This document shows, one piece after another, positions 1-12,639 of a stretch of 64,000 bases of DNA (its first letter is position 1; the number at the start of each line of letters is the position of its first letter). Position numbers and translations under genes: made by a program. Source of the DNA: Callorhinchus milii (Eukaryota); assembly GCF_018977255.1 (NCBI RefSeq), contig NW_024704743.1, forward strand, positions 112,098,001-112,162,000, given 5' to 3'. Below the pieces are notes generated by a model. That model was not told the DNA's origin and made no database searches. It saw only the letters and a list, made by a program, of their open reading frames with translations.

Positions 1-454
1 TCATTCTAACCACTTATGTCTCTGACTTTGTCCCAGCTTGACGGCCGCTTTTGTTCAGTGCAGTTATATGAAGCTTGATTGGACATGAGTAAATGTGGCA
101 CACTGTACTCACACAAAGCACTGGCATCTTGTTTCCTTTCTTACGAAAAAAATAATTCTCACATTAGGTCTTGCCTTTTGTTTTATGTGTGCGATTGTTC
201 CACTAAAATTATGTTCCTCAGTGAAGAAGGTGAAGTGTAGCAAAGCTTGAACACATGCAGTTTGCGAGAGATGAGGTTTTACACTTATTTAAAGCTTTTG
301 GAGGGATAAATTCCACTGAATGTGGAGCAGGGTGAGGGTGTGGGTCACATATTTTAGGAATACACCAGCTTAGAAAAATTTGAAATACTATTAATTTATT
401 TCACACCAAATCAGGGAAAAAGTTTCTCTTTCTCTAAAACATTTTGTTTGACCA

Positions 455-545
455 TAAAACACACAGTCCCTACAGTAAATCATGTGAAGCGCTTTAGCTA
501 ATCTTCTAAAGTGAAAGGCGCTATACCAAATCCAAGGATCGTTGC
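455..545 (+). mobile_element. SINE 3' tail fragment
   Basis: gtgaagcgcttt...gtgaaaggcgctata..aaat.caaggat matches the tail shared by the SINEs throughout the window. Confidence 0.7.
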
Positions 546-557
546 AACAATATAAAT

Positions 558-780
558 ATAACAACTTGTATTTATATAGCTGTCCTTTACTTAGCGTAAC
601 GTCATGGAGCGCTTCACAATGGCAGAATCGGACACTGAGGAAAGAGGAGAAGGGAAGAGGAAGGTGACCAAAGGCGCGGTCAATACAATACAGTACAATT
701 TATGTAGCGCCTTTCACATCTGAAGGATATCTCAAAGTGAGTAGGTAGACTTTAAGGTGAGATTTAAAAGTCAGACATTT
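558..780 (-). mobile_element. L2 LINE 3'-tail fragments
   Basis: acaacttgtatttatatagc and caatacaatttatgtagcgcctttcac are the reverse complement of the L2 ends seen at 19600 and 53400. Confidence 0.55.
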
Positions 781-1238
781 CAAGAGATAAATGAGGTGAC
801 TCTTTTTTTTCACAATGAACAACAATCAGAACCGGTCTTTCAGTTCCACTTATTTTCTTTGGTGAAATTCGCAATTAATGGCTAGTTTTCATCCCACAGT
901 GGAAAAGAGAATCTTGTTCAGTGCGTGGCAGGAGCAACGGACCTCACCAGACTAATCTATTCCCAGTTTGCCGTCTGTAGTCCTTTACTCTGTCTTAGCA
1001 TATTGATTTCCAAGCTGTCTTATTGGTTCCTAACATAATTATACCAGGAGTGGGTCTCTCAGTACAGCTAATACGTTTACACGATGGCGTCCAGGGAAGC
1101 TTATATCTGTGGCACTTCTTCAGGCTGTTGATTAGTTCAGTAAAATGCTGTTAACCTAAAATCATCAGAGTCAAAACTACTCGGTGGATTATGCCTCGCC
1201 AATTTATTGCACGATGAACTGGAGGCCTCGAAATGCAG

Positions 1239-1268
1239 GGAGAGACAGAAAAAGAGAGAGAGAGAGAA
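1239..1268. repeat. (GA)n simple repeat
   Basis: gagagacagaaaaagagagagagagaga. Confidence 0.85.
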
Positions 1269-1269
1269 A

Positions 1270-1720
1270 AAGGAGACTATTGTCACAAACATGTCACACA
1301 GTTATGACTAATGCTTGTCTAATGTGCGCTGCACTTAAAAAGCTACCAAGCAGTTTCTTTAATAATATACATTATATGCTCCCAATTATATTAGCTTTAA
1401 TGAAGCATTTATCTGTGCAGTAGCTTTTACACATTATGTCATAAAGAAAGATTGTGGCCTATTTATTTCACTGCTCTTAATTGTTGTCAAAATGAGACCT
1501 GAAACTTGAAGACCATATTTTTCAAAGTCAGACTTGCAAAGAGGGGTACCAATTTATCATTTAACTCNTTTTTTTGCTTCTTTTTTCCACATATGCAGCG
1601 GCACTTGCAAAGGTCTGTTTTTTATTTAATTCTGGAGATTTTTGTTGTTAATGGAAAAGCTACCTCATAAATTAGGGAAGTGCTCAATTACTGGCCTGAC
1701 AGTGATTGATTCTGGTTCGT
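1270..1720. promoter_or_regulatory. candidate conserved non-coding element / enhancer
   Basis: Repeat-free, many TAAT/TGTCA motifs; TGACAG (1697-1702) directly abuts TGATTGAT (1703-1710). Confidence 0.35.
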
Positions 1721-2117
1721 CTGTTGGTCACTACTGGTCCAGTGAAGACCGCAGAGGCTTAAGGCACATTACGATCAGAACTACCGAGGTGCACTTTCAT
1801 TTCTTCTTTTTAAAAAAAGAAGTGGCTTACCGATCTCATAAAATAGCACATTAGCTAAAAGCTAAGAGCTACAACACCCTTGGAATTGTTATTAGATTGT
1901 TATTTAACCTACATTACACTAATAACAGGAAATTACACTGCACAATGGACTAATGTAATAAAGCAGCAATTATAACAGTTATGAACAACAAGGCTGCTCA
2001 TAAGTGGAAGCTTTTATATGAAGTATTCCTATACACTGTGCTGCGCTGTGGCTGCGTCGTTTCTTTTTGGGGGGTTTCAAGCTCTGGAATCAAAACGTTC
2101 CAAAACCAATAAAAAAA

Positions 2118-2232
2118 TGTGCGCAATTGGCTGCCACGTTTCGTCCACAAAATACATAGTCAATCCATTTTACAGTATATTTGTGAACCGCTTTGATAAG
2201 GCGTAATATCAACTGCAAGGAATATTATTATT
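2118..2232 (+). mobile_element. SINE 3' tail fragment
   Basis: gtgcgcaattggctgcc...tttacagtatat...actgcaaggaatattattatt. Confidence 0.85.
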
Positions 2233-2749
2233 AAAAACTAAATAGATGCAAGTGATTATATTGAAAATAAGAGTGCAGCAGGAAGTATTCCAGCTGTTTC
2301 TTAAAAAAAGTGGTTTTAGTTACTTTCCAAAAAAATGTATTATGTTCAGTTTTGGATCCCCACTCGTGCAGCATGTTTGTGCTCAGTCAGATGGACCCAT
2401 ACATTTAATGCCCTTCAAGGAATTGCTCAAACTCCAACAATTCTTTGATGTTTTAAAAGACCCTAAAAAAAGTAATAAATGTAACCACAATTTATAATAG
2501 GCAATGGTTAATGTACATATCCCTCAATTTTCCACTGGGCACAAAGGAAAAAGAGGGTGATTAATTGTGATATTCCCCGCCGCCATACCACCCACCACAA
2601 CACCCCCACCCCCCTTAATCCATAGGGATGCCAAAACCAAACTGAAACAATGCAGAGGAAACTCTGTGGGTGACCGCAATACTTGCCCCTGTGCTTCACT
2701 TCAGTCCCTGGGTTTCCCTTTCTTTCCCCACCATGAATAATAAAAAAAA

Positions 2750-3172
2750 ATCCTTGCATTTGATATAACCCTTTCACATCAGGAGGACATCTCAAAGTGA
2801 TTCACTGGATTTTCTGCAATGCATAATGACTGCATATTTTGTAAGCGAATGCAGAAGCCAATTTGTGACAGAAAAATCGCTTAAGCATCCATGAGGTGAA
2901 GGGCCAATTTTATTTGGGGGATTGTTGGCCAGGACACAGTTAAGAAACTCTCTTCTCCTTTTGAATAATGCTGTGGGACCTTTAACATCCACCTGGACAG
3001 GCAAATGGGACCTTAATTTAACACCTTCCCAAAGGACAACACCTCTCACAATTCAATGCTCCCCCAGCACTACATTGGAGTGTCAGCCCAGACTATGAGC
3101 TCAATGTGAAGCATGAGCCCACAACCTCCTGACTCAGAGGCAATCATGCTACCAACTAAGCTAGGCTGACAA
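2750..3172 (-). mobile_element. tRNA-derived Deu-domain SINE, near full length
   Basis: Reverse complement of Deu core (caggtggatgttaaaggtccc, gtgtcctggccaac) plus tail and head. Confidence 0.85.
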
Positions 3173-3264
3173 TATTTGAACTTATATATGTTAAAAAGAA
3201 CCGCTGAAATTAACAATGACTTTTATTTAACACTTGAAAGCCAATTCTTTTAACTGAAACAATA

Positions 3265-3490
3265 TCACAAGACTGGATTGGTTGAAGAACCAAGCTGTTT
3301 TTTAAACAAGTCCAGCGTCCTGGCGCAACCATTCTTCCTTGGCAACCTGTTCCAGGCATTAATTACCCTCGGGGTAAAGAAAAACTTCCCAGTATTTTTC
3401 CTGAAATTGTCTTTCACAAAGCTAAACCGATGCCCTCTTGTTCTACTGTCTTGGTGCTTTCTAAGTATGGTTTTGGGTTTCATTTTTAAA
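3265..3490 (-). mobile_element. CR1 LINE 3' end (RT C-terminus)
   Basis: ORF 3265-3483: RTRGHRF...FFTPRVINAWNRLP...FKKQL, the typical CR1 C-terminal motif. Confidence 0.9.
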
Positions 3491-4127
3491 TCCCATACAA
3501 ATTGTTAAGAACAATAAAAACAGGTTTGAAAGTTCGTCAGGCCTCAGTGAAAAGCACAAGGCTGAGTGGGCATAGATCAAAGAAAAATATAATATAGCGC
3601 ACAAAGAACAATTGTTGCTATTTTTAAAAATACACCCTAATAGCTAATTGCCAGGACTGCAGGAAAACAGTGAGGACAAATAGCAATTTTGCACACAAAT
3701 CTTCCAAAACGAAAGATAAATAATAATGCATGTGTGTGTTTTTTATTATATATAGGAGAAAGCCATGAAATGAGTAGTTTGCTATTAATGTACAGATGAA
3801 AATAATACACCGAAAAGCACCTGGTGACTCGTGTTCTTTGGCACAAGCCTCTATGCCTCTAGTCTGTCACTGAGGCTGCTTCTGTTATGCCCCACCAGCC
3901 CAGCCGTGGAACATTCCAAATAGATTGGACTAACAATTCTCTAACTCCTTGATGGAGGTGCTATCTGCAGGTTCATCCATAGCCTGTTGCAATGGCTGTG
4001 TAGCCGGTGAAAAGTATAGCAGCTCAACATCTGTAGTATAGGGGAGTAAAATTACAACATTGCTAAACACATCTGTTCCTTAATGTGTTTGCGAATACTG
4101 ACATTTTACTACTACAATTTTATTACA

Positions 4128-4525
4128 AGCACTCTTGCCTGTGAGTCAGACATTGTAGGTTCAAGCCTCACTTTGGGCCTTTGAACTCATATAGCTTAGA
4201 GACTGACAATTCAGTATGGTGCTGGGGAGCACGACAAGGCTGGAGATGACATTAAACTAAGATCTTGTCTGTCTGTTCTGCTGGATATCAAAGAACCTAT
4301 AGCGCTATTTGAAAAGAGAAGTAAGACTTTCCTTGTATCCTAGCCAACAATCACTCAAATAAAATTAATCATTCACTTCATAGCTGTTTGTGGGACATGT
4401 GCATAAATTGGTTGCCACATTTGCCTACAAAATACACAGTGAGTAGACTTTATACAATATCCTACCAAGTGCTTTGAGATGTCCTCCCAACTTGAAAGAT
4501 GCTACATCCAATGCAATGATGTTAT
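4128..4525 (+). mobile_element. Deu-domain SINE, degenerate
   Basis: tRNA-like B-box ggttcaagcc, Deu core, shared tail. Confidence 0.8.
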
Positions 4526-4740
4526 AATTTTGACCATTATTGTTTCTGTCCACTCCATATCTTTGTTAGTTCTAAATAGGTTAGGAAAATGAAAGACAAA
4601 TCTAAATTGTTATCGGTGATGTATCCATCCAAGTATTTTTGTTTAATTTCTTGCCTGATCACAGCTTTTTGTAGGATGAGTTCGTAGAGACACCTAGAAC
4701 AGAAATAATCTCCTTCCTGCTGTTTTTCCCAACAGATGTT

Positions 4741-5262
4741 ACATAGATACATAGACATAGAAACAGGAGCAGGCTATTCAACCTCTCGAGCCTGTTACGC
4801 TATTTTATAAGATCATGGCTGATCTGTACCTCAAGTCCAATTACCCGCCCTTGCCCCATATCCCTTAATACCCTGACCTAGCAAATATTTATCTATCTCC
4901 ATCTTGGAAATGTGAATGGATCCAGCAGCCACAGCCTTTTGGGGGGAGAGTTCCAGATTTCCACTGCCCTTTGGGTGAAAAACTGCCTCCTAATTTCACT
5001 CCTAAATGGCCTAGCTCTAATTTTAAGATTATGCCCCAATGTTCAGGATTACCCTAGAAGAGGAAATAGCTTCTCTATATCTATCCTATTGAATCCCTTC
5101 ATTATTTTAAAACCCTCGATCAGATCACCCCTCAACTTTCTGACCTCTGGTATCATTCTGGTCAATCTGCACTACACCCCCTCCAGAGCCAATATATCCT
5201 TCCTGAGGTACAATGCCCAAAATTGAATGCAGTACTCCAGATAGGGTCTGGCAAAGACTCTA
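4741..5262 (-). mobile_element. CR1 LINE 3' portion
   Basis: (acatag)n tail; ttccactgccctttgggtgaaaaa is the reverse of FFTQRAVE; atgtt on both flanks may be a target-site duplication. Confidence 0.9.
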
Positions 5263-5439
5263 TTAAAATGTTGGATTTCAAGCACCAGTATTCACTTATC
5301 TTCACTGAATTGTCTGATCATGGATGCTTTATAATGCTATGAATATATGCTGTATCATCTGAGCTGTAATGGGGAGGAATTTTGTATAGTACCTTGTTTA
5401 AGAATTACATTTAAGCCCTAAGCCCATAGTGCAGTGCAG

Positions 5440-6760
5440 TGCCTGAGCAAAGTTGAACAGAATAGATTTAATGAGGTAGCTCAGAGAGAACTGGTGAGCT
5501 GTCACCAAATGCTGGTTTTAAGACCCCATAGATTGTAGGGGCAAAGATAAACTAGAAGAAGTGGTAGGGAACTTCACAGTCTGAAGCTCCTAGAAAAGAA
5601 TGAGTTAGTGTAGGAGACAATGCAATGGATTTGATTACAAGAATATAGGGAGCAGGAAAATCACCTGAACAGTGTGCTTGGAGCTTGGAAGGAAAGATAA
5701 TGCTTCAGAAGTGTTATGATCATATAACAGACAGAGAGATTTGGATGAAGAAAATCCTTCGGTCCATTTGATCTCATACTTCCAGAATACCTACACTACT
5801 GGGTCTTCCTAACGAAGACTAAAAATAAGAAATCCAGTGTGCTGGCCTTAACCACCAACATGCTGGAATACTTAAATAAAAGCAATTTATGCTGTGATGG
5901 AAATCTAGTTAGGGTGGGTGTTCCGAAATCATGATATTTAATGGACCAAAGGGCCTTCTTTACCCAAACTTCTCTTGTGATCTCTCTCTAATATATGATC
6001 ATAGATCTTCTGAAACTTGCTCTCATATTCCTTCCAAGCTCCAAACATATCTTCCTTCAGCTCCATGCAGCTTAAGGTTGAAAGTGCTGGGACAGAGATG
6101 GAAAGAATATGTGTTAGGTATCAGGAAAAGACAGACAATCAATTGACAAGCCTTTTCTTTGTGTTCAGAGGTCCAAAAGAGTCTCAAGAAGGCCCTCACC
6201 GAACTGTGTCCTTGTAGAGTGCAGTGTTGAATGAAGAGAAATGTTTCTCATACAAAATAATTTCTTGCAAGTAGCTTTATCAATGGAGATATTTTGAGAT
6301 CACAAAAATGAGACCCTGAATGGTAATAGGTAAAGAATGAAGAGTGGAGCCATGATAGACATACAAAACATAAAAGAAGCAAGATTACTATTATCCATTG
6401 AAGAGCTTGAGATCAACAGTTAATGATTCAGACATTGAACTACAAGAGGAGCAAAGGTCATATGTACAGAGGATGAAGGATATGAAAGAAGTTTATGAAC
6501 TTAAGTTGGAGCATCGGGGAAAAAAAAGAGTGGCTAATGGTTGGTTGTAGAATGGGGGAGGTAATTGATGTTGAAAAGGAACAAAAAGTGGAGAGTAAAT
6601 AAAGCCTGAGAAAATCTTGAATAGGTGGTTAAAGTCTGAGAATGGACCACAGATGCTGGTGTAGATCAAGCAATTTGAGAAGAATGTAGGTAGCCATAAA
6701 CATAACACTGATAAAAGGTCAAAATATGGTAACTTAAAGAACTGTGGAGTGGGGGAAAGA
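5440..6760 (-). mobile_element. highly decayed non-LTR retrotransposon RT remnant, with a CR1 tail inserted near 5870-5990
   Basis: Minus-strand ORF 6493-6708 (LCLWLPTFFSN..IYTSICG..S...SPLF) resembles the RT W..SFLS.R...G..S...SP.LF region; reverse of 5570-5610 resembles SFF.R..RLW.SLP. Confidence 0.55.
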
Positions 6761-7104
6761 TAAAGGGGGTAGATAAAGGAGTCAAATGCCTGTAGAAGAG
6801 AAGTGGAAAAAATGGAAGAGCAAACAAAAAGAAAGAAAAAATCAATTCAAAATAATGATAAATTGGTTAATTAGATTGAAAATTAATTTAGGAATAAGAA
6901 GTGCAAGGTTTTGGTAAATGGCTGAAGCTTTGTGTGGAAAACCCGACTAGCCCAGTTCCAGAGGGCTCTGTACTGGGTCCTCTAGCTGATAACACTATTC
7001 GTAAGTCACTTGGAAGATAGGAATTCTTGTAATATTAGAACATTCATTGGTAATACAAGTTATTAGGCATGTGATTGATATAAGGATGCTAATGTTTTGA
7101 CTGT

Positions 7105-7277
7105 GGGTTCAAATCCTTTCCAGACCAACGGAACTAAAGTATCTATCTAACAGTTGTAAAGGCCTCCATCCACTTCCTGGTGAGCAGGGAGCACCAAGCT
7201 ATCCGTAATCCAACATTAGTTATCCCTAAACTGGCACAAATTGCCATACTAGCTATCCTTATGGGAATGAGAACGCC
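7105..7277 (+). mobile_element. LF-SINE-like ancient SINE fragment
   Basis: Ordered blocks gggttcaaatcc / atctaacagttgt..ggcct / tccacttcctggtgagcagg / aaactggcacaaattgcca match the recalled LF-SINE consensus. Confidence 0.6.
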
Positions 7278-8189
7278 AATTTGTGCTGCTTTATGAGGAG
7301 TTTTGTACTGTGAAAAATGCAGTATCCCCAAATGTAGTGTTTAAAATAGATTTGTAAAGTAAGGGGTAAAAGATAAATAATAGTTCTGGTTATTACACAA
7401 GTTAGGTGCTGAGCCAGAATAGAAACGCATTGCTACCAATTAATATTAGCCTCATAATTGGTTAAAATTCTGGACTGTTAGACAGTTATATCTAACTTGT
7501 TCTGTAGTTAATATAATATTGAGGCATTGTTTACTGGAACAGCAAGCAATAGCATAATTATTTCACTGGCCTCTAAACCTAGCCCATGTAAACTTTGACT
7601 TTAAGAGGTTTTTTTTTGCCTGATAATCAGAAGCTCATTCCAACTATTGTCTCAAAGGCCATTAGGGAATACACAGTGAGTTTATTAGAGCTAATGATCC
7701 ACATTGTGTAATGAGATTGGCTTATGTGTCTTTCTGATCTCAGAAGTCAAATTAGCATTTGTATTTAAAAAAAGATGATCAATGAAATAATAATACATTG
7801 TGCTCCAAAATTAATTCAGATTGTTCCACTGCTAAAATGATTTCTTCACTGATTTTTCTGGGGAGGAGACCAAAGTAACATTTTGCTTGAGGTAAACCCT
7901 GGCTTAACTGGTTCAAAAATAATTTAGATCTTATCCTTAATATGTGCAACATGCATTATTCAGCTTACATTGCCTTATTGTACATACACTTTATGTTTAA
8001 TGCACATTTTCCATGTGCTAAGTGGCATCCATGGAACTCTCAATCTGGTTTGCATTCTCTTTGAGCATCATGATGGGTCTTGGGTATATGTCCGACACCT
8101 GGCTGACCATCAAAAAGTACATGTTTTAAATGTAGGAACATACATTTAAGGAACTGAAGGACTCAACTCAAACAAACCTAGGTTAAGAT

Positions 8190-8404
8190 TAATAATAATC
8201 CCTCCAAAAAACAAAAACAATAATAAATTGGTCATTTTCAATCTACGACTGTTTGTGGGACATTGCTGTGCGCAATTGGCTGCCGTGTTCGCCCACGAAT
8301 ATACAGTCAATTCACTTTACAGTATATTCTGTGAAGCGCTTTGGGACGTCCTCCCGACGTGAAAAGCGCTATATCAAATGCAAGGATTATTATTATTATT
8401 ATTA
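8190..8404 (+). mobile_element. young tRNA-SINE, 5'-truncated, short subfamily
   Basis: Nearly identical to 41865-42080; (TAT)n tail. Confidence 0.95.
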
Positions 8405-8949
8405 AACGCTTTAACAAGGGCACTTTTATATAAATCTTCTTCAATTCCAACCATTGATTACAATCACAAGCCATTAATTTAACAAAGCGGATTGAGGTAT
8501 TCCTGGTACAATATCTATTGATTGCAAATAGGCATTTCTATCAAGTGAATAACACGGGATCTCTATTCTCCCTGGTACAATACCTATTGATTACAAGTAG
8601 GCACCACTGACTAACAAGGGCAATCTTTATTTTTCTCTCTGTGGTGAGCTATCCTTTACTTACTTGAAGTCGTCACTGCCTTCACCTATCAGTTACAAAT
8701 AGTCATCCTTAAGTGAAGGAGAAAGTACTGGGGGGAAGAAAGATTTCTGATCAATAGTGGCCTATTTGTCAATTACAATTACAGGAACTGTACAAAGTCA
8801 GAATTAATGGCCTAAATTATAACGGTTTAGTCAAAGAACTCTTATTGGGCTAGGTGTAGGCCAGATCTAAATGAATGGAGTTGATTTTGATTGACTATTT
8901 ACAGTGTGCCATGGGGAAAAGAGAGGTAGTGGAGAGGTCATTTGGAGGG

Positions 8950-9345
8950 GTGAAAGCTCATGTGGAGTATAAACACTGTCATGGACCAGTTGAGCCAATT
9001 ACATTAGATGTTACATCACGGCTATTTGGGTCATAGGAACAGGAGTAGGCCATTCGGCCCTTAAGCCTGTTCTGCCATTCAATTAGATCATGGTTGATCT
9101 GTAGTTAAAGTACAGCTTTAACCATGATCTTAACCATTTAATCATGTAACATCCAATGCAATTCTCTATGAACCGTAGCCCAAAACAGGTACAGAGAGAA
9201 ATTCCACTGGGTATAGGTTTTGTCAACTACAAAGGTATGGGAAAAGGGCAGGTTAATAGAACTGAAAGGATTGCTCTTAATGTAGTTTTCACATACGTGA
9301 TGGGCTGAATGGCCTTCTGTGCTGTAAATTTCTGTGGGTTTTATG
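8950..9345. mobile_element. cluster of CR1 3'-tail fragments in both orientations
   Basis: gctcatgtggagtataaacac; cataggaacaggagtaggccattc; gatgggctgaatggccttctgtgctgt. Confidence 0.7.
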
Positions 9346-9659
9346 GTACTCTATTTACATAGTATTTTAGAATGTCCATGTTTAGCAAATTGTTAAATCT
9401 AGTCATAACTTTGAAGCCCGTTTTGTGGTAGTGCTTAAACAAAACTTATGAAAACTGGCTTGAAAGTTAAAGATTATATTGAAGAATTTGCTCCGAAATA
9501 TTACATAGAATAAATCTCAACCTGGGGAAGAATTTCTCCCAAGTGGACAAACAATGAAAACATTTTGTGAATAAATTAGTTTTTATACTTTCAATAATGG
9601 GTCAGGCTGTGTGATGTACATATTATCATAGTATGTTCTTATCAGGTACAAATATAAAT

Positions 9660-10390
9660 ATCCCTCATTATAGGAAAGGTGTAAAAAGCACTGGAGGCAG
9701 TGCTGAGTAGGTTCACCAGGATGTTGCCTGGAATGAGGAAATACAGTTATAGGGAAAGGCTCAATAGACTGTGTTAGTTTCTTTGGAGATCAGGAGGCTG
9801 AGAAGATATATGATAGAGGTACATAACATAATGCGAGGCTTAGATAGGGTGGACAAGCAAAGATTAATTCCAGTGGTTGGGGGTCTAGAACTAGAGAGTA
9901 TAGGTTTTAAAATCATAATTGGGAGTTCAGAGCAGAGAATAGGAGGAACTTTTTCCACACAGAGAGCGGTGGGAGTGTGGAATTCTCTGCCACAGTCAGT
10001 TGTTATACATTCACCAGCAGAGCGAAATGTTGGGCAAGTTCCTTACTCCACACTCCTCTGTTTACCTAGCAGTAAGTAGGAACCCAGTTGTTAGTGGTTT
10101 GGCAGATTGCTTTTCTGGGGGTAATCATTTCTTAAAAAAAATAATAATTGGTCACTCAGTTAATGGCTGTTTGTGGGACACTGCTGTGCACAATTGGCTG
10201 CGCATTTCACCCACAAAATATACACTTTACAATATATTCTGTGAAGCGCTTTGAGACGCCTCAAAAACGTGATAATGCGCTATATCAAATGCAAGGATTA
10301 TTATCATTATTCAAAGAAGCCTGAACACATGATTCAGGGAGAATTAAGTTGAGGGAAACAGAGGAAGAGCTGGAAAATGGGACTCAGGAT
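9660..10390 (+). mobile_element. CR1 LINE 3' portion interrupted by a SINE
   Basis: ORF 9771: SLEIRRLRRYMIEVHNIMRGLDRVD...FSTQRAVGVWNSLP; element resumes after 10310. Confidence 0.9.
10020..10310 (+). mobile_element. young tRNA-SINE, long subfamily, 5'-truncated, nested in CR1
   Basis: ttgggcaagttccttactccacactcctctgtttacctagcagtaagtaggaacc plus tail. Confidence 0.95.
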
Positions 10391-10409
10391 AGGACCTAGG
10401 GTCTAATCT

Positions 10410-10762
10410 GGCCCTCCAATGTAGTGCTGGGGTAGTGTTGCATTTTTGGAGTTGCCGCCTTCAGGTAAGATATTAAACTGACGGCATGTCTGCCTGTACA
10501 AGTGGACGTAAAAGATCCCAAAGTACTATTCAAAATGAAAAGGGAGTTTCTCCTGGAGTCCTGGCTAACAAATGTCCTAAATAATATGGGTCACCCACTC
10601 CATGGCTGCTTATGGGACATTGCTGTGTGCAAACTGTCTGCCGGGTTTCACAGAATACAACCAATCCACTTTACAATATATCCTGTAAAGCACTTTGAGA
10701 CGTCTCGACAACATGATAAGGCACTATATCAAACACAAGGATTATTATTGTTATTATTATTT
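10410..10762 (+). mobile_element. Deu-domain SINE
   Basis: gtggacgtaaaagatccc core and shared tail. Confidence 0.9.
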
Positions 10763-10969
10763 GATCTCATGTTGTGTACTCTGGCATTCTATTCCAGTGA
10801 ATAGAATTCCAGTTAGGGGTGTCTACTCCAGAGTGAGCAACTGAGCAACAACAGCACAAACACTGACCCCCTGCCCCTGGTGATGACCCAACACACTCTC
10901 CCGCAGTGTGCTCTGTTGGGATCTAACTTGGCATATTTCTCAATCGATTTCTAAAACAACTCCACCATA

Positions 10970-11200
10970 GTTGACGCAACGCCTTATCACGTTGTCGAGA
11001 CATCTCAAAATAATCCTAATAATCCTTGCATTTGACACAGCGCCTTATCACATTGTCGAGACATCTCGAAGTGCTTCGCAGGATATACTGTAAAGTGGAG
11101 TGACTTGTGTATTTTGTGGGCGAAATTTGGCAGCTAATTTGCACACATTAGTGTCCCACAGACAGTCGTGAAGTGAGTGACTGATTTTATCTGGGGAATA
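10970..11200 (-). mobile_element. SINE tail with an internal ~40-bp duplication
   Basis: gccttatcac.ttgtcgagacatctc occurs at 10981 and 11042. Confidence 0.8.
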
Positions 11201-11289
11201 AGATCAATAGAGACTATCTAGCTAGGTGCTGAACCAGTGTAACTGGTATGTGAGTGTATGTGTGTCTCTCTCTGATTGTCTCTGAACAT

Positions 11290-11835
11290 TGTTAGAGGTG
11301 CCTGCGTTCGGATGAGTCAAAGTTGAGGACCCATCTGCCTGTTCAGGTGGATTAAAGATCCCAAGGCACTATTATAATTGGGCGAAATGCAGTAGCCAAT
11401 TGTGCACAGTAGTGCCCCACAAACAGTTGTGGATTGAAGTGACCAATTTACTATTTATTTTGTAATTTTTTGAAGGAATTATTACCCCGGAAAAGTGATC
11501 CACTGACCAGGTTTCTACTTACTGCTAGGTAAACAAGGGCGTGTGGAGTAAGGAAACTTTCCCAACATTTCTCCCTGGGAATCAAACCCAGGTCTCTCGC
11601 TTGTGAGACGAGTGCTCTAACCACTGAGCCACAGGACTCCACAAAAAGAGAAAGGAGAAAGAAGTTTCTACCAGTATCCTGGTCAACAATCCTTCAAATA
11701 AAATTAATCATTCACCTCATTGCTGTGTTCAAATTTGCTGCCGTGTTCACCTTCAATATATACAGTCACTACATTTTTACAGTATATCCTGCGAAGTGCT
11801 TTGAGACATCCTCCTGCCATAGAAAGGCACTACAC
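11290..11835 (+). mobile_element. Deu-domain SINE split by a younger SINE
   Basis: ctgttcaggtggattaaagatccc...ggcactatt stops near 11372 and resumes near 11643. Confidence 0.8.
11378..11642 (-). mobile_element. young tRNA-SINE, long subfamily, 3'-truncated
   Basis: tRNA head (gtgctctaaccactgagccacaggactcca) on the minus strand. Confidence 0.95.
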
Positions 11836-12639
11836 TGACATATTCACCTTTAACAAACTTCAGGTACTCCAAGTTCACAATTATTTTAATCACGAGCACT
11901 TATTTTATACACCACTTTAAATAACTCTAAAAATTACGTTAAAATAAACTCTCCATTATCTTGACAAATGTACCCTAGATACTCCCTTTCAAGTTCTTCT
12001 TCTTGCTAATGACCCAAAAAATGAAATCCCGAACTCTCCCTTTACCAATTGCGTCCATTCTCACTGTGCTAATGGGCTCCTAATGTCTTTGTAATTGATG
12101 TTTAAGTGTAAATATATTCAGCTTGTCTATTGCTACATAGATGTGGTGTGTTTTTTCTGTGGGTTGTACACTTCTACTTTTCTCTCTCCTCCTTTGGGAG
12201 GGTGGGGAGGTAAGTGAGGTCTCCTTGGAGCTGCACTAACATGCTTGGCGATGGAATGTCAGAATCAAGTCAACCCTCTGTGGTGATCTCGGTAGGCTGC
12301 TCCTGAGCCAGGCAAGTCCGCAATTCTCCAGGGCACTGCTCATGGCAGACCAGCCAGCCTGATTCATTTGCAGGACGTATAAGGGCAGATCAGTTACTGG
12401 GAGCAGTGGGAGATTCTTTCCACTCAGCTCCTGTTAACTCTGTCAAAGGCCTTATGAGTCTGATGGTCCTAGCTGGATAGCAGTGGAAAGCTTGCCAGAC
12501 AATGCTCTCAATGCTGCGTTGGCTCATCTCCCTTCATTCCTCGTTGATGATTTATTTGCGAACTTTTTAATAGTCTCTTGAATTATGTTTTATCAGCAAC
12601 TATATTCCTATATTCTGGTACTCCTTGCCCCTACCCTTC

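Noticed and set aside
1568..1568. single N base
   Set aside because: Assembly ambiguity next to a poly-T run; no biological meaning.
4537..4758. ORF with CxxC...CxxC (zinc-ribbon-like)
   Set aside because: Its start lies in a CR1 tail repeat and I recognise no family or consistent exon structure; likely chance.
12230..12430. possible LINE endonuclease remnant on the minus strand (QPT...VDLILT)
   Set aside because: Only a short, frameshifted motif; too weak to call.
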